DNA of 64,000 nucleotides from an uncultured Chloroflexia bacterium (lineage in GTDB: Bacteria; Chloroflexota; Limnocylindria; Limnocylindrales; CSP1-4), in contig CAVRZZ010000003.1 in assembly GCA_963725875.1 (NCBI GenBank), positions 731,843 to 795,842 of the forward strand. Direction: 5' to 3'. The notes below the pieces were generated by a model that saw only the letters and a program-made list of their open reading frames with translations, ran no database searches and was not told the DNA's origin. A program made the position numbers and the translations under genes. This document shows, one piece after another, positions 30,425-40,040 of the stretch (positions are counted from its first letter, which is position 1; every line of letters begins with the position of its first letter).

Positions 30425-30693
30425 GCTTGGGCTCCTTTCGAGTCCGTCGTGTCGCCGTCCGCCCTCCGCGCGACCGACCGAGGTTGCATTGCGACCGAGG
30501 ATCAGTGCGGCGACGGCCTTCGCGGAGCGAGGATCGCCGCAACGATCATCCCAGGGGCGCCCGGGATCACCCGAGTCTGCCGCCCCGGGCGCGAGTAGTC
30601 ATGAAGGCCCGTCATCACGTCGGGACGCGTGGCTGGAGCGACGAACCTGGCAGAGACTCGGACGGACCGACGAAGGGGACCGCCGTCGCGTGG

Positions 30694-30906
30694 CTAGGCG
30701 CCCGCCGGCGGGGCCGGCGTGTACTCGCCGGGATGGTCGCGCCGATCCTGCTCGCCCGTCCTGGCGATCATCGCGAGCGTCGCCTCGACCGTCATGTCGT
30801 TGCCCACGGCCGCGCGCTTGACGTCCTCGTAGGTGATGTTGATCTCGGGCTTGCCCATGTCGTCATGCGCTCGCATGCAGCCACAGTTCAGGCACATCGC
30901 TGGCAA
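30694..30906 (-). CDS. small Cys-rich hypothetical protein
   Basis: CLNCGC motif and K/E/I-containing composition (…GKPEINITYEDVKRAAVGNDMTVEATLAMIARTGEQDR). Lies directly downstream of the flavoprotein gene on the same strand. Confidence 0.35.
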   Translation of the reverse strand: MPAMCLNCGCMRAHDDMGKPEINITYEDVKRAAVGNDMTVEATLAMIARTGEQDRRDHPGEYTPAPPAGA

Positions 30907-30979
30907 CTCCTGCTCGTTTGGCCACCCAAGAGGGGAGCTGAAGTGTCTCGGTGCCGCGCGGTGGTGTCATGAAGGTTCG

Positions 30980-32377
30980 TCATCCGCGCCGGGAGAGGCG
31001 CCGTCTCCGTACGGCTGGCAATCGGAGGTCCGCGACCACCTGTGCGAACAGGTCGCCCATGACGCGGGCGAGGGTGGGGAAGGCGTGGATGGTGTCGGCG
31101 AGAACGTCCAGCGTCGTGCGGGTCCGGATGGCCAGCACCGCCTCGTGGATCGCCTCGGTGGCCGCGGGGCCGGCGATGAACGCGCCAAGGAGGGTCCGCG
31201 TCCCGCGGTCGACCACGATGGTGACGTGCCCGGTCGACTCGGCAGCGATGCCCTTTGCGGTGTCCGCAAGATCGACCACCGCCTCGATCGCATCGTAGCC
31301 GGCAGCGCGGGCGGCCTCCAGCTCAAGGCCGACACCGGCGACCTCCGGATCGGTGTAGACGGCGCGTGGGATGGCGCGGTAGTCCGGGCGGACGTCGTCG
31401 CCCAGGGCGATCCGGACAGCCATCCGGCCCTGGTAGTCGGCGAGATGGGTGTGCATCTCCGGGCCCGCCACGTCGCCGGCGACGAAGACCGCGTCCGCGA
31501 TCCGCAGGTCCGGTCCCACCGCAAGCTGGCCCGCCGCCATGTCGATCCCCAGGGTCTCCAGGCCCAGCCCGGCCAGCGGCAGCGTGCGGCCGACGGCGAG
31601 CAGGACTGCGTGGCCTTCCGCCGTCGAACCATCTGACAGGTCGATGACGTGCGAGCCGGAAGCTCCCGCGCCGGCGCGCACGCGGGTCGCTCGGACCCGC
31701 GTCCTGATCTCGACGCCGTCGGCGCGCAGGGTCGCATCGAGCGCGGCCGAGTTGCGGGGATGTCCCCTCGGGTAGATCCGGGACCCGGACGCGACGAGCG
31801 TCGTCCGCACGCCGTTCCGCGCAAAGACCTGCGCCAGCTCCACGCCGGTTGCGCCGGCCCCCAGGATCACCAGGCTGTCGGGGAGCGCACGGGTCGTGGT
31901 CGCCTCGCGACTCGTCCAAGCCTCGATCGTGTCCAGCCCGTCGATGATCGGGATGGCCGGCGCCGATCCCACCGCGACGACGATGAACTTCGCCTCCAGC
32001 ATTCGGGGCGGGCGGTCGGACGTCACCGTGACACGGCCCGGACCCGCGATTGTTCCGGTGCCTCGAAAGAGCGCCGCGCCAGCCCTATCAAGGTCCCGGA
32101 CGTGGCCAGCGTCGCTCGGACGTTCCGCCCCGTCGCGCTCGATGACCTCGTCCCGCCACCTGGAGGCGGCCACCCAGTCGAAGTCGCCGCCCCTCGCGTG
32201 GATCGCGGCTGCATGGAGGAGCGCCTTGGAGGGCATGCATGACCAGAATGGGCACTCGCCGCCCACCAGCGCGCGCTCGATCACGGCGACCGACGCGCCG
32301 CGCGCCCGCGCCAGGCTCGCCGCGGCCTCGCCGGCCGATCCGGCCCCGATGATCACGAAGTCGAACCGGTCGTCCAT
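30980..32377 (-). CDS. class I pyridine nucleotide-disulfide oxidoreductase (dihydrolipoamide dehydrogenase / mercuric-reductase-like flavoprotein)
   Basis: FAD GxGxxG (FVIIGAGSAGEAAA). Redox-active disulfide GGECPFWSCMPSK. NAD GxGxxG (LVILGAGATGVELA). Dimerisation-domain HAFPT. Confidence 0.85.
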   Translation of the reverse strand: MDDRFDFVIIGAGSAGEAAASLARARGASVAVIERALVGGECPFWSCMPSKALLHAAAIHARGGDFDWVAASRWRDEVIERDGAERPSDAGHVRDLDRAGAALFRGTGTIAGPGRVTVTSDRPPRMLEAKFIVVAVGSAPAIPIIDGLDTIEAWTSREATTTRALPDSLVILGAGATGVELAQVFARNGVRTTLVASGSRIYPRGHPRNSAALDATLRADGVEIRTRVRATRVRAGAGASGSHVIDLSDGSTAEGHAVLLAVGRTLPLAGLGLETLGIDMAAGQLAVGPDLRIADAVFVAGDVAGPEMHTHLADYQGRMAVRIALGDDVRPDYRAIPRAVYTDPEVAGVGLELEAARAAGYDAIEAVVDLADTAKGIAAESTGHVTIVVDRGTRTLLGAFIAGPAATEAIHEAVLAIRTRTTLDVLADTIHAFPTLARVMGDLFAQVVADLRLPAVRRRRLSRRG

Positions 32378-32761
32378 TCGTAACCCGCCTCCTACTTGAC
32401 GGCCGCGGCCGCCGTCTCCGCGGGTTGGCCGCCGCGATGCCGTCCGCTCGACGGGTGGTCAGCAGCGGCGTCGAGTCGGGAGCGTCGCGTGCCGCGATCG
32501 CGGTGTCATGACGCCACGTCACACGTTGGGCTTCGCGGCGCGACGACCGCCCGGATCGTGAGGGGTCGTCATGACGGCCGGGGGGCCACGCTTGTTCTGC
32601 GCCGCACCGTCGAGATCGGGGCCGCCGACCTGCTGGGTCGCGGGAATCGCCGTCTGGACGGCCCACATAGGCGAACACCAGGACGTCACGACGAGCTGAG
32701 GCAGAGCGGCCGCGAGGACCACCGTGCGAGCACGAAGCAACGCACGGCCAAGGGGTCGCCG

Positions 32762-32860
32762 CGAAGACACCCGGTCGTCCTTCCTGAGCGACCCGACGTC
32801 CTTGCCTGCCGACTCGACGGCACCGGCGAGCTCCTGGCCGAGCACGGGTCTGGAGAACAT
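32762..32860 (-). pseudogene. N-terminal fragment of a Zn-dependent alcohol dehydrogenase (GroES-like domain) with GHE changed to GQE
   Basis: …PVLGQELAGAVESAGKDVGSLRKDDRVSS… resembles PVLGHEAAGVVEAVG…GDRV. The reading frame then decays. Confidence 0.3.
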
Positions 32861-32942
32861 TTGATGGCCCGTCGTCCGTGCACGCGACTGCTCTCATGGG
32901 TCTCCAGTTCGCGCGCCGGTACTTGTTCTCCTTCTCCGTGGC

Positions 32943-33203
32943 GTGGTCGACGCTGCCGTCGACGAGCCGCCCACGCCAACGTTCAACTTGACATCTGACA
33001 CACCTGCCAGACCTGTCCCCAAGCTTGAGCTCCTTGAGCTCCTCGCGGAGGGGCGCTCGAATCAAGACATCGCCGAACGGCTGTTCCTCTCGCCGCACAC
33101 CGTGAAGGCCCACGTCCGCAACATCTACTCGAAGCTGGACGTGAGCAGCCGCACCCAGGCGGTCGCTCGGGCAAGAATGCTCGGCATCCTGTCGACCGAG
33201 TAG
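32943..33203 (+). pseudogene. LuxR/NarL-type HTH DNA-binding domain without a receiver domain (likely response-regulator remnant)
   Basis: …LELLELLAEGRSNQDIAERLFLSPHTVKAHVRNIYSKLDVSSRTQAVARA… is the C-terminal effector domain only. The upstream frame is artefact-like. Confidence 0.45.
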
Positions 33204-33327
33204 GCGATCGCCTTCTCGATGGGCGGCCAGCAACCGTGAGCGCCTTACCTGCCCCAGGGCTCAGTGACCTGGCCGGTGGAAGGCGTCCCTGGTAGCACCC
33301 TGGTCGATTCCACCGCCCGCCCGACCG

Positions 33328-33534
33328 TCATGGGTACCAGTCCGACCAGCCGGCCTCCAGGCTCGGCACGACCAGCCACCCAGCAGCATGCCCGACGTAG
33401 ATCAGCTGCTCGATCGTCAGGCCCGAACGCGCGCGCAGGTCGGCGAGGTGGCGCTTCACGGTGCTTCGCCGGACCCCAGTGTCGCCCTTGCCATTGGGGC
33501 GGCACAAGAGCCTGAGGTGCCACCGAGCCATCAA
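33328..33534 (-). pseudogene. truncated member of the small LuxR-type HTH paralogue family (see 43571, 60148)
   Basis: …RRSTVKRHLADLRARSGLTIEQLIYVGHAAGWLVVPSLEAGW is near-identical to the C-terminal half of ORF 60148..60462. The N-terminal half is replaced by unrelated sequence. Confidence 0.4.
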
Positions 33535-33698
33535 GAAGGGGGCTGGCGCGAGGAAGGGCCGGAGCGCCCGGAGCCTCAGTGCACCCGGCCCCGGTGGCCA
33601 GGTCCAGTGGCGACCGTCACGGTCTGACCCCGGCGGGCCCGCCGCGCGGCCGTCGGTGACGCGCCTCGACGTTGTCGACGCACCGAAGCTGCCGCCCC

Positions 33699-34427
33699 CT
33701 ACACCAGCGTCAGAAGCGCTCCGATTGCATAACCGAGGACCGTCGCCAGGCCGACGGTGGCGCCCGCTTCGTCAAACGCCTCCGGCATCATCGTGTCGGC
33801 AAGCATCGTAAGGACGGCGCCAGCGGCGAACGCCTGGATCGTCGCCGCAATCTCCGCCGGTGCCCCGGCGAGGAGTCCGTAGCCCGCCCCCGCCGCCACG
33901 GCGCTCAGGACCGCGACGATGGCCCAGAGGCCGAGGACCCCCCGCGTCGACCACCCGGTCTGACGCAGGCCCGTCGTCGCCGAGATCGCCTCCGGCACGT
34001 TGGAGATCGCGACGGCCGCCAGGAACGCCAGGCCAACGCCCTCTCCCGCAAGGAGCGAGATCCCGATGACGACCGACTCCGGGATCCCGTCGAGGACCGT
34101 TCCCAGCACGATCCCGAGCGGGTCTGCACCGGCCTGCTGGCCTGCCGACCGCTTGCGATGGCGCACTGGCCCCCCGCGGTGGAGCGCCCAGTTGCCGGCC
34201 GAGAAGGCGAGCGCGCCCGCGCCCAGCCCGGCCACGACCACGGGAACGGGGGCCGCCTCAAACGCCGACTTCGTCAAGTCCAGAGTCACCGCCGAGATCA
34301 GCGCGCCCGCCCCGAACCCGGCGGCAAGGCCGATCATCCTCCGCCGCCACGGTAGGGCGATCGCCAGGATGGCACCGACGATCAGCGTCGAAGCCGCCAC
34401 CAGACCCCAGAACGCCGCCTCGAGCAC
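33699..34427 (-). CDS. ZIP-family divalent metal (Zn/Fe) permease
   Basis: Eight TM helices with ZIP-like motifs (…VLDGIPESVVIG…, …VAISNVPEAIS…). Confidence 0.75.
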   Translation of the reverse strand: MLEAAFWGLVAASTLIVGAILAIALPWRRRMIGLAAGFGAGALISAVTLDLTKSAFEAAPVPVVVAGLGAGALAFSAGNWALHRGGPVRHRKRSAGQQAGADPLGIVLGTVLDGIPESVVIGISLLAGEGVGLAFLAAVAISNVPEAISATTGLRQTGWSTRGVLGLWAIVAVLSAVAAGAGYGLLAGAPAEIAATIQAFAAGAVLTMLADTMMPEAFDEAGATVGLATVLGYAIGALLTLV

Positions 34428-34503
34428 CGAGGATCCTCCAGCAGGCGTCGTCGCGCCGGAGGCTGCCCGACGCTAGGCGTAAGGATGCCACTGGCGGTAG
34501 GGC

Positions 34504-34886
34504 GTGGAGCCGACGTCGCTGCGCCCGGGCACTCGTGGGCGACGTCGGCCTGGCCGGAACGACGCAGTCGACCTCGGCCTGGGCGACTACATCGAGTACA
34601 CGGCAGGTTGGTCCGGGACCGCGGGCACGGTGGAGGCGTGGGTAAACCCGCGCAGCTACGGCTGGTGGCTATTGACTCTGCCGTGGGTGGACAGCCCGAC
34701 ACATCCTCCGTGTGGATACGTCGGGCAGCTCGTCCTCGACGCGAATGGGCACCTGGTCTGGTCCGCGTGGCCGGGCGCCCCGGGATCCAACCCAACGGGC
34801 ACACCAGTGTCATCCAGCTCGATGAATGGACACACGTGGCGGTGACACGGGGCCCCGCCGGGACGAGCCTCTGCGTGGCACGCTAG
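34504..34886 (+). pseudogene. LamG/concanavalin-A-like lectin domain fragment with an internal frameshift (~34800)
   Basis: …TAGWSGTAGTVEAWVNPRSYGWW…GQLVLDANGHLVWSAW… continues in the other frame as …PNGHTSVIQLDEWTHVAVTRGPAGTSLCV. Confidence 0.3.
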
Positions 34887-34917
34887 CGCTACCCGACCAA
34901 GCCTGAGTGTATCGGCT

Positions 34918-35343
34918 ATGAACGTGCCGACTCCTCGCGGCAGGCGTAGCGTGCGCCCACCGGACGAGGGGCATCGAGGGACACCATCGACGGACTTGCG
35001 GACCGGGGCCGGGCAGGCCATGCTCCTACCGGGCGGAACCTGGGCACCCGTAGGGAGCAGCGGTGTGGCGACGTGGGACGCCCGGGCCTGGGTCGCGGGC
35101 CTGGTCGGATGCGATCCAAGCGAGCTCAGGATCCGGAGTGCCGACACATACGGTGTGATCGAGACCCAGACCCGCTACGAGCGGGGTGGTGCGCCGGTGG
35201 CTCGCCTGACCGTCGCCGGACCGGTTCGGACCTCCTTCGACGGAGCCGGCCAGGGCCACTGGGCGGTCACCGCACAGCTCGGCGCCGGGACGTACAAGGT
35301 CCGCAGCCTGGAGGTGCCGGAGACGGACGAGATCCTGTACTAG
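34918..35343 (+). CDS. hypothetical protein
   Basis: C-terminal half has realistic composition (…HWAVTAQLGAGTYKVRSLEVPETDEILY). No recognisable domain. Confidence 0.3.
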   Translation: MNVPTPRGRRSVRPPDEGHRGTPSTDLRTGAGQAMLLPGGTWAPVGSSGVATWDARAWVAGLVGCDPSELRIRSADTYGVIETQTRYERGGAPVARLTVAGPVRTSFDGAGQGHWAVTAQLGAGTYKVRSLEVPETDEILY

Positions 35344-35490
35344 GTCAGCCGGGCCGCGGCATGTCGCCGGCTCGGCCCCGGCGATCACTGGGGCCGCGGA
35401 GCCCGATTGACGACCTGAGGCGCCGCGCGGCCTGGAGTAGAAGCAGGAGGTTGCCGACTCGACAACCGCCCTGGGAAAGGAGGGACTGCG

Positions 35491-35907
35491 ATGACCGGTC
35501 CCCGCACCACCGGTGTCTGGATCTCCGCCAGCTCGGCCACGCTCTTGCGCTGGAGCCCTGAGCTCACCGTGCGCCACCGCATCGACTCCACAGTCCCCGG
35601 CCGTCACCGCTCGACCGGACGGCCACCTACCGAGACGCACCCGTCCGGCGAGGGCCATCGCGACGAGCACATGCGGGCTTTCTTCGTCCAGGTCGCCCTG
35701 GTGCTGCCCGTCGACGATGAGTTGCTGCTGGTAGGTGACGGCGAAGTGGTCGAGCACTTCGCCGAGCAGGTCCGCAGGGATGACGACAGCCACGGCCGCA
35801 CGCGACGCATCGAGGTCGAGAAGAGCGGGCCACTCACCGAGCGCCAGTTGCTTGCCCGGATCCGCACCTTCGCCGGATCGCCGGCCAAACGCACCCTGCC
35901 GCGCTGA
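35491..35907 (+). CDS. hypothetical protein
   Basis: …HMRAFFVQVALVLPVDDELLLVGDGEVVEHFAEQVRRDD…RIEVEKSGPLTERQLLARIRTF… No recognisable domain. Confidence 0.3.
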   Translation: MTGPRTTGVWISASSATLLRWSPELTVRHRIDSTVPGRHRSTGRPPTETHPSGEGHRDEHMRAFFVQVALVLPVDDELLLVGDGEVVEHFAEQVRRDDDSHGRTRRIEVEKSGPLTERQLLARIRTFAGSPAKRTLPR

Positions 35908-36173
35908 CCGCTTGGGTGTTCGGGGGGGGCGACCGCTGACCCGCCGCTACACGATGCGCCTCCGCCGTCCGCGGTTCCGGGGGATCGGGACGCCGGTCGT
36001 GATCGCGGGCCAGAGCGCCCGAGAGCAAGCCTGATCACGGAGGGCAATCGGACTGTTTCGCGGGGCGGGTCTGGACTTCGACCCTAGCACCGCCGGTCGA
36101 TCCCTCCGCCCGCCGTGGCGACGCCCCCGCCGATCAGAACACTCGCGGCGCATGGGAACCCGTCCGCCGACGC

Positions 36174-36941
36174 TCAGCGGCGCGGACCTTCGCCCGGGTC
36201 CTGATCGGCGCCCCAGCCCGCATTCGAGAAGGTGGGGACGAACCGGTAGCCCTGGCCGGGGACCGTGGCGATGAAGCGCGGGTGGCGATAGTCGTTCTGG
36301 AGCTTGATGCGCAGGCTCCGGATGTGGCGATCCACGATGTTGCTTTCGGTCACGAAGTCGGTGCCCCAGATGGCATCCAGGATCTCCTCGCGCGTGACGA
36401 CGCGTCCGCCGCGACTGGCGAGGAGGTACAGCAGGCTCTGCTCGATGCCGGACAGGTGCACGACCGAGTCACCGGCACGCACCTGGCGACTCAGGATGTC
36501 GATCTCGATCTCGCCGAGCCGGATCGTGGGCACGATCGGGCGGTCGGTTCCCGTCGCGCGGCGGGTGAGGACGATGGACCGGGCGAGGAGCTCCTCGGGC
36601 GAGAAGGGCACGGTCAGGATGTCGTCGACGCCGAGCTCGAAAGCCCGCAGCTTCGTCTTGAGGTCGCCACGTCGGGTCAGGCCCAGGGCCGGTGTCACGC
36701 TCCGCGTCAGGGAGTTCGAGGCGCCGATCGTCTGGAGCAGGGCGGTGCTGTCGTCGTGGTCCATGTCGATCACCGCCAGGTGCGGGTGCCACTCGGACAG
36801 GATCTGCTCGGCCTCCGCCAGGCTGCCAGCGGCGCGAACGACGAAGGTGCCGTGTTTCAGCGTCAGCTCGATGAGATCCACGACGAGCGGGCGATCGTGG
36901 AGCACGAGCGTACGGCCTGCTTCGAGTGGTGGTGCGTCCAC
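36174..36941 (-). CDS. OmpR/PhoB-family response regulator (orphan: no adjacent histidine kinase)
   Basis: Receiver domain (…HLAVIDMDHDD…, …LTRRGDLKTKLRAFELGVDDILTVPFSPEEL). Winged-helix domain (…RLGEIEIDILSRQVRAGDSVVHLSGIEQSLLYLLASRGGRVVTREEILDAIWG…GQGYRF). Confidence 0.8.
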   Translation of the reverse strand: MDAPPLEAGRTLVLHDRPLVVDLIELTLKHGTFVVRAAGSLAEAEQILSEWHPHLAVIDMDHDDSTALLQTIGASNSLTRSVTPALGLTRRGDLKTKLRAFELGVDDILTVPFSPEELLARSIVLTRRATGTDRPIVPTIRLGEIEIDILSRQVRAGDSVVHLSGIEQSLLYLLASRGGRVVTREEILDAIWGTDFVTESNIVDRHIRSLRIKLQNDYRHPRFIATVPGQGYRFVPTFSNAGWGADQDPGEGPRR

Positions 36942-37044
36942 AGGCCCGTCGATGGCAGCTCCTCCTCGTTGCGCCCCCGAATGCCAGCACTATCTCATCC
37001 GCGACTACGCCGATCTCTCGTGCGTCTTGTGGAAGCGACTGGCC

Positions 37045-37125
37045 CCGGCTCCGCACCGGACCCACCGCTCCGTTCCGGGGGGCGGGATGGGATGCGCGCC
37101 GGGCGTCCGGGGGCCGTCCTCCTTG
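37045..37125 (+). repeat. copy 1 of a ~80-nt leader repeat (ggctccgcaccgg…ggg(a/g)cgc…ccgg(g/a)ggccgt)
   Basis: Shares its core with copies at 37553, 37893 and 38817. Lies ~55 nt upstream of the gene at 37181. Confidence 0.5.
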
Positions 37126-37180
37126 TGGCCAGGTTCGCTCGCGCCCATGATTGGTGGCCCCTGCAGGAGCGACGAGCACC

Positions 37181-37414
37181 ATGAGCGACGAGCGCACATC
37201 GGCCCCGGAGCCGGCGCCATCCACGGCGGAGAGGCGGTGGCGCCGCGCCAAGCGGACGGCAGTCGATGACTTGAGGAGCCGGGAGGATGAGATGACCGAC
37301 GCCGAGATCATCGAGGCCTTCCGCGAGATCGCGATCCTCCCTCCCGACGAAGGGGAGGAGGAGGACGAGGAAGAGATGAGCGACGAGGCGATCATCAACC
37401 TCGTCCGTGGGTAG
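37181..37414 (+). CDS. small acidic hypothetical protein
   Basis: MSDERTSAPEP…EDEMTDAEIIEAFREIAILPPDEGEEEDEEEMSDEAIINLVRG. Realistic and highly acidic. Confidence 0.4.
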   Translation: MSDERTSAPEPAPSTAERRWRRAKRTAVDDLRSREDEMTDAEIIEAFREIAILPPDEGEEEDEEEMSDEAIINLVRG

Positions 37415-37552
37415 TATCCCGGGGCGCTCCGCTCTCCTCGAAGGAGTGTGGAGCTCAAGGGCCGTGCCGAAGCGCCAGTCGGCGGCATCCCCGTCAACGC
37501 GAGCGCGACCATTGGCCTCTCGGCAAAGCACGCGATCTTCATGAACCTGGCT

Positions 37553-37630
37553 GGCTGCCGCACCGGGCGTTCCGATCTCTTCGGAGGACGGGACGCTCAC
37601 CGGGTGTCCGGAGGCCGTTCGCCTCTCGTG
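37553..37630 (+). repeat. copy 2 of the ~80-nt leader repeat
   Basis: gctgccgcaccgggcgttccgatctcttcggaggacgggacgctcaccgggtgtccggaggccgttcgcctctcg. Lies ~69 nt upstream of the gene at 37699. Confidence 0.5.
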
Positions 37631-37698
37631 AAGCGCGATGCCGGGAGGCGATCATCCGTCGCAATGTCTCCGCCGCTCCCTGGACAGTGAGGCCGACG

Positions 37699-37875
37699 AT
37701 GTTGAACCTTGGTCAGATAGGGCACGCCGTTCTCTATGCCGCCATCCCGATCGTCGTCTGCGCCGGCGCGATCTACGCTCAGCGCCGGCGCCGGCGCCCC
37801 TTCTCGAACGCGATGTGGGCGGTCATCGGCGGTGGCGCGGTCGCGCTGGCGCTGGTTGCCGGTGAGGTGTTCTAA
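37699..37875 (+). CDS. small membrane protein (~58 aa, two hydrophobic segments)
   Basis: MLNLGQIGHAVLYAAIPIVVCAGAIYAQRRRRRPFSNAMWAVIGGGAVALALVAGEVF. Confidence 0.35.
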   Translation: MLNLGQIGHAVLYAAIPIVVCAGAIYAQRRRRRPFSNAMWAVIGGGAVALALVAGEVF

Positions 37876-37892
37876 CTGACCTACGCTAGCCG

Positions 37893-37962
37893 CCGGCTCC
37901 GCACCGGGCCCTCCGCTCTCTTCGTGGGATGGGACGCGCACCGGGTGTCCGGGGGCCGTCCA
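37893..37962 (+). repeat. copy 3 of the ~80-nt leader repeat
   Basis: ccggctccgcaccgggccctccgctctcttcgtgggatgggacgcgcaccgggtgtccgggggccgtcc. Lies ~123 nt upstream of the gene at 38085. Confidence 0.5.
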
Positions 37963-38084
37963 GAACCCTGGGGCCGGCGGCGGCGCACCAGACTGCCCGC
38001 CGGAGCCGGCCGGCCCATTCGACGCAAACCGTCGGGACCATCGAGTGATGCCCACGCAGGCCTGGTGGGCCTACGGTCGAGCGC

Positions 38085-38777
38085 ATGTCGATGCGCACCA
38101 AGCTGACGGCGCCGCGGCGGGTCTTCCTCCGGCACACGCCGCCCGATCCGCCGTCGGTGCACGTCGTGAGGCTGACCCTGTACACCTGCGATGCGCTCGC
38201 ATTCGGCTACTTGGCGCTCTCGGCCGGACGGGTGACCGATCTCATGAACGAGCATGACGCCCTCGAGTTCGTCGATACGTACCTCCAGAACATCGCCGGT
38301 GGGCATGGCCTCGCGCTCCGCGCGGCCGTCATCGCGCGCGAGGAGATCTGCGCCGTGGGCGTCGCGGGTCCCCGGGGCGATCCGAAACGCCGGACCCGGA
38401 CGCTCCCGATCCCGGTCGAGCTGCGGCTCGGGCCTTACGACGTCTGGGGCAACATCCATGTGGTCCCGGGCACCGACCCGCTCGCCAGCTTTCGGAGTCA
38501 GCAGACCATGGTTCCGCTCACCGAAGCCGCGATCGGATGGGACGTGCCCGACGGCCGGAAGATCACCCGGTGGGACACCGTGCTCGTCAACCGGCTGCTG
38601 ACCGACTGGATCGCGCCCGCCTCGCGCGACGTCCGGCCTCCCGAGGTGCGGCTCGTTCCCGAGGCCGACGGCACCGGACTCGCCAAGGACGGCACCTCGC
38701 AGCTCGTCAGGCGTGGTGATCCCGACGGCGGTGAGCGTCGAGCGCTGGCAGGTCGTGGCCGGCACCGTGCCATCTGA
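38085..38777 (+). CDS. hypothetical protein
   Basis: …LYTCDALAFGYLALSAGRVTDLMNEHDALEFVDTYLQNIAGGHGL…PYDVWGNIHVVPGTDPLASFRSQQTMVPLTEAAIGWDVPDGRKITRWDTVLVNRLLTDWIAP… Realistic composition. Confidence 0.45.
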   Translation: MSMRTKLTAPRRVFLRHTPPDPPSVHVVRLTLYTCDALAFGYLALSAGRVTDLMNEHDALEFVDTYLQNIAGGHGLALRAAVIAREEICAVGVAGPRGDPKRRTRTLPIPVELRLGPYDVWGNIHVVPGTDPLASFRSQQTMVPLTEAAIGWDVPDGRKITRWDTVLVNRLLTDWIAPASRDVRPPEVRLVPEADGTGLAKDGTSQLVRRGDPDGGERRALAGRGRHRAI

Positions 38778-38816
38778 CCGGGCGCATCCGTCGTTGGCAT
38801 AGCCTTCACCGCGACC

Positions 38817-38892
38817 GATTCCGCACCAGGCGCTCCGCTCCTCGGAGGTGGGACGGGCAGCGGGAGCCGGGGGGCCGTTTGCCTCTCGCCAG
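38817..38892 (+). repeat. copy 4 of the ~80-nt leader repeat (most diverged)
   Basis: gattccgcaccaggcgctccgctcctcggaggtgggacgggcagcgggagccggggggccgtttgcctctcgcc. Lies ~130 nt upstream of the gene at 39022. Confidence 0.45.
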
Positions 38893-39021
38893 ATGCCCGG
38901 TCCCCGCCCACGGTGACCGCCAGCGGGAGGCTCAGGCGCGCGGCCCACACGCCGGCAGCCGGGACCGCGCCGAGCCACTGGGGAGACCGACCCACCTCGG
39001 CCCTTCTGGGGAGGCGCAGTC

Positions 39022-39577
39022 ATGGGTCACATCAGCAGGACGATCCACGTCGAGGCGACGCCGGAGCAGGTGTTCGATCTCTGCACGAACCCCGAGAGGT
39101 TCCAGGAGTGGATGGTGCCGGCGAGCGAAGTGAAGGACATCACGGGCACGCCCGGCACCGTCGGCCTCGGCTGGACCACCGGCTCGACGTTCGCCGGGCG
39201 CAAGATGGAGAACCACATGAGCGTCACCGCGGTCGAGCGGCCGCGGCCTTTCGAGGTGAAGGGCACCGGCGCCTTTGCCGCGACGTTGCGCGGGCGCTTC
39301 GAGCCGGCGGCGGGCGGCACGGAGGTCACCATCGAGAACGAACACGAGATGCCGCTCGGCTTCATCGGTGACGCCGCGAACACGCTCTTCGTCGAGAAGT
39401 CGTTCGCGGTGGGCCCGACCGCGCACGCAGGTCCGCGAGGTGACGCTCGCCGTGCTGGGCCGGATGCTGACCCGCGCCACCGCCTCGGGAACAGAGCCGC
39501 CGGCGGCGGCGAAGGCAGCGAGGACGTCGACCTGGCGGGCGGTTGGCGTCCGCGGCAATCAGGAGCAGCGCAGGTAG
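39022..39577 (+). CDS. SRPBCC-superfamily (Aha1/polyketide-cyclase-like) protein; 3' end possibly frameshifted
   Basis: MGHISRTIHVEATPEQVFDLCTNPERFQEWM… The C-terminus may continue in the frame of ORF 39275..39577 (…VREVTLAVLGRMLTRA…). The opposite strand (39558 down to ~39440) carries a 40-aa fragment of the small LuxR-like family. Confidence 0.55.
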
Positions 39578-39794
39578 CCGTCTCTCATCGAGGGCGGCTC
39601 ACGCTGGGCTCACCCGGCTGCGCGTGATGAGCGCCAAGACCACCGCCGTGACGGCGAGGATCGCGCCGATCTGGTCCGGCGCGAGGTTGAGCCCGAACGC
39701 ACGACCAGGGCGATCAACGCATGGGCGAGGGCGAGCACCATGACCGGTTCGCGACCCCAGATCGTGCCGGGCTGGGTGTCCATGGCTCCTCCGG

Positions 39795-40040
39795 TCACTT
39801 CACGCGGACGATGTCGCCCGGGTGGATGAGCCCCGGGTCGGCGCGGTACACGGCGTTCTCCGTGAAGGCCAGGAGGGTGACCGTGAGGCCGTGCGAGGAG
39901 GCGATCTCGCTGAGCGTCTCGCCTGACTTCACGGTGACCGTCACGATCGGCGGCCGCAGGATCGCGTTCGCCCGGGCGATCACGCGCTTGACCCGGGCCT
40001 CGCGGGTGGTCGGCGGCCACGGGTCGCTGCGCCGGCTCAC
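39795..40040 (-). CDS. LysM peptidoglycan-binding domain protein
   Basis: VKSGETLSEIASSHGLTVTLLAFTENAVYRADPGLIHPGDIVRV matches the LysM consensus. Confidence 0.65.
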   Translation of the reverse strand: MSRRSDPWPPTTREARVKRVIARANAILRPPIVTVTVKSGETLSEIASSHGLTVTLLAFTENAVYRADPGLIHPGDIVRVK

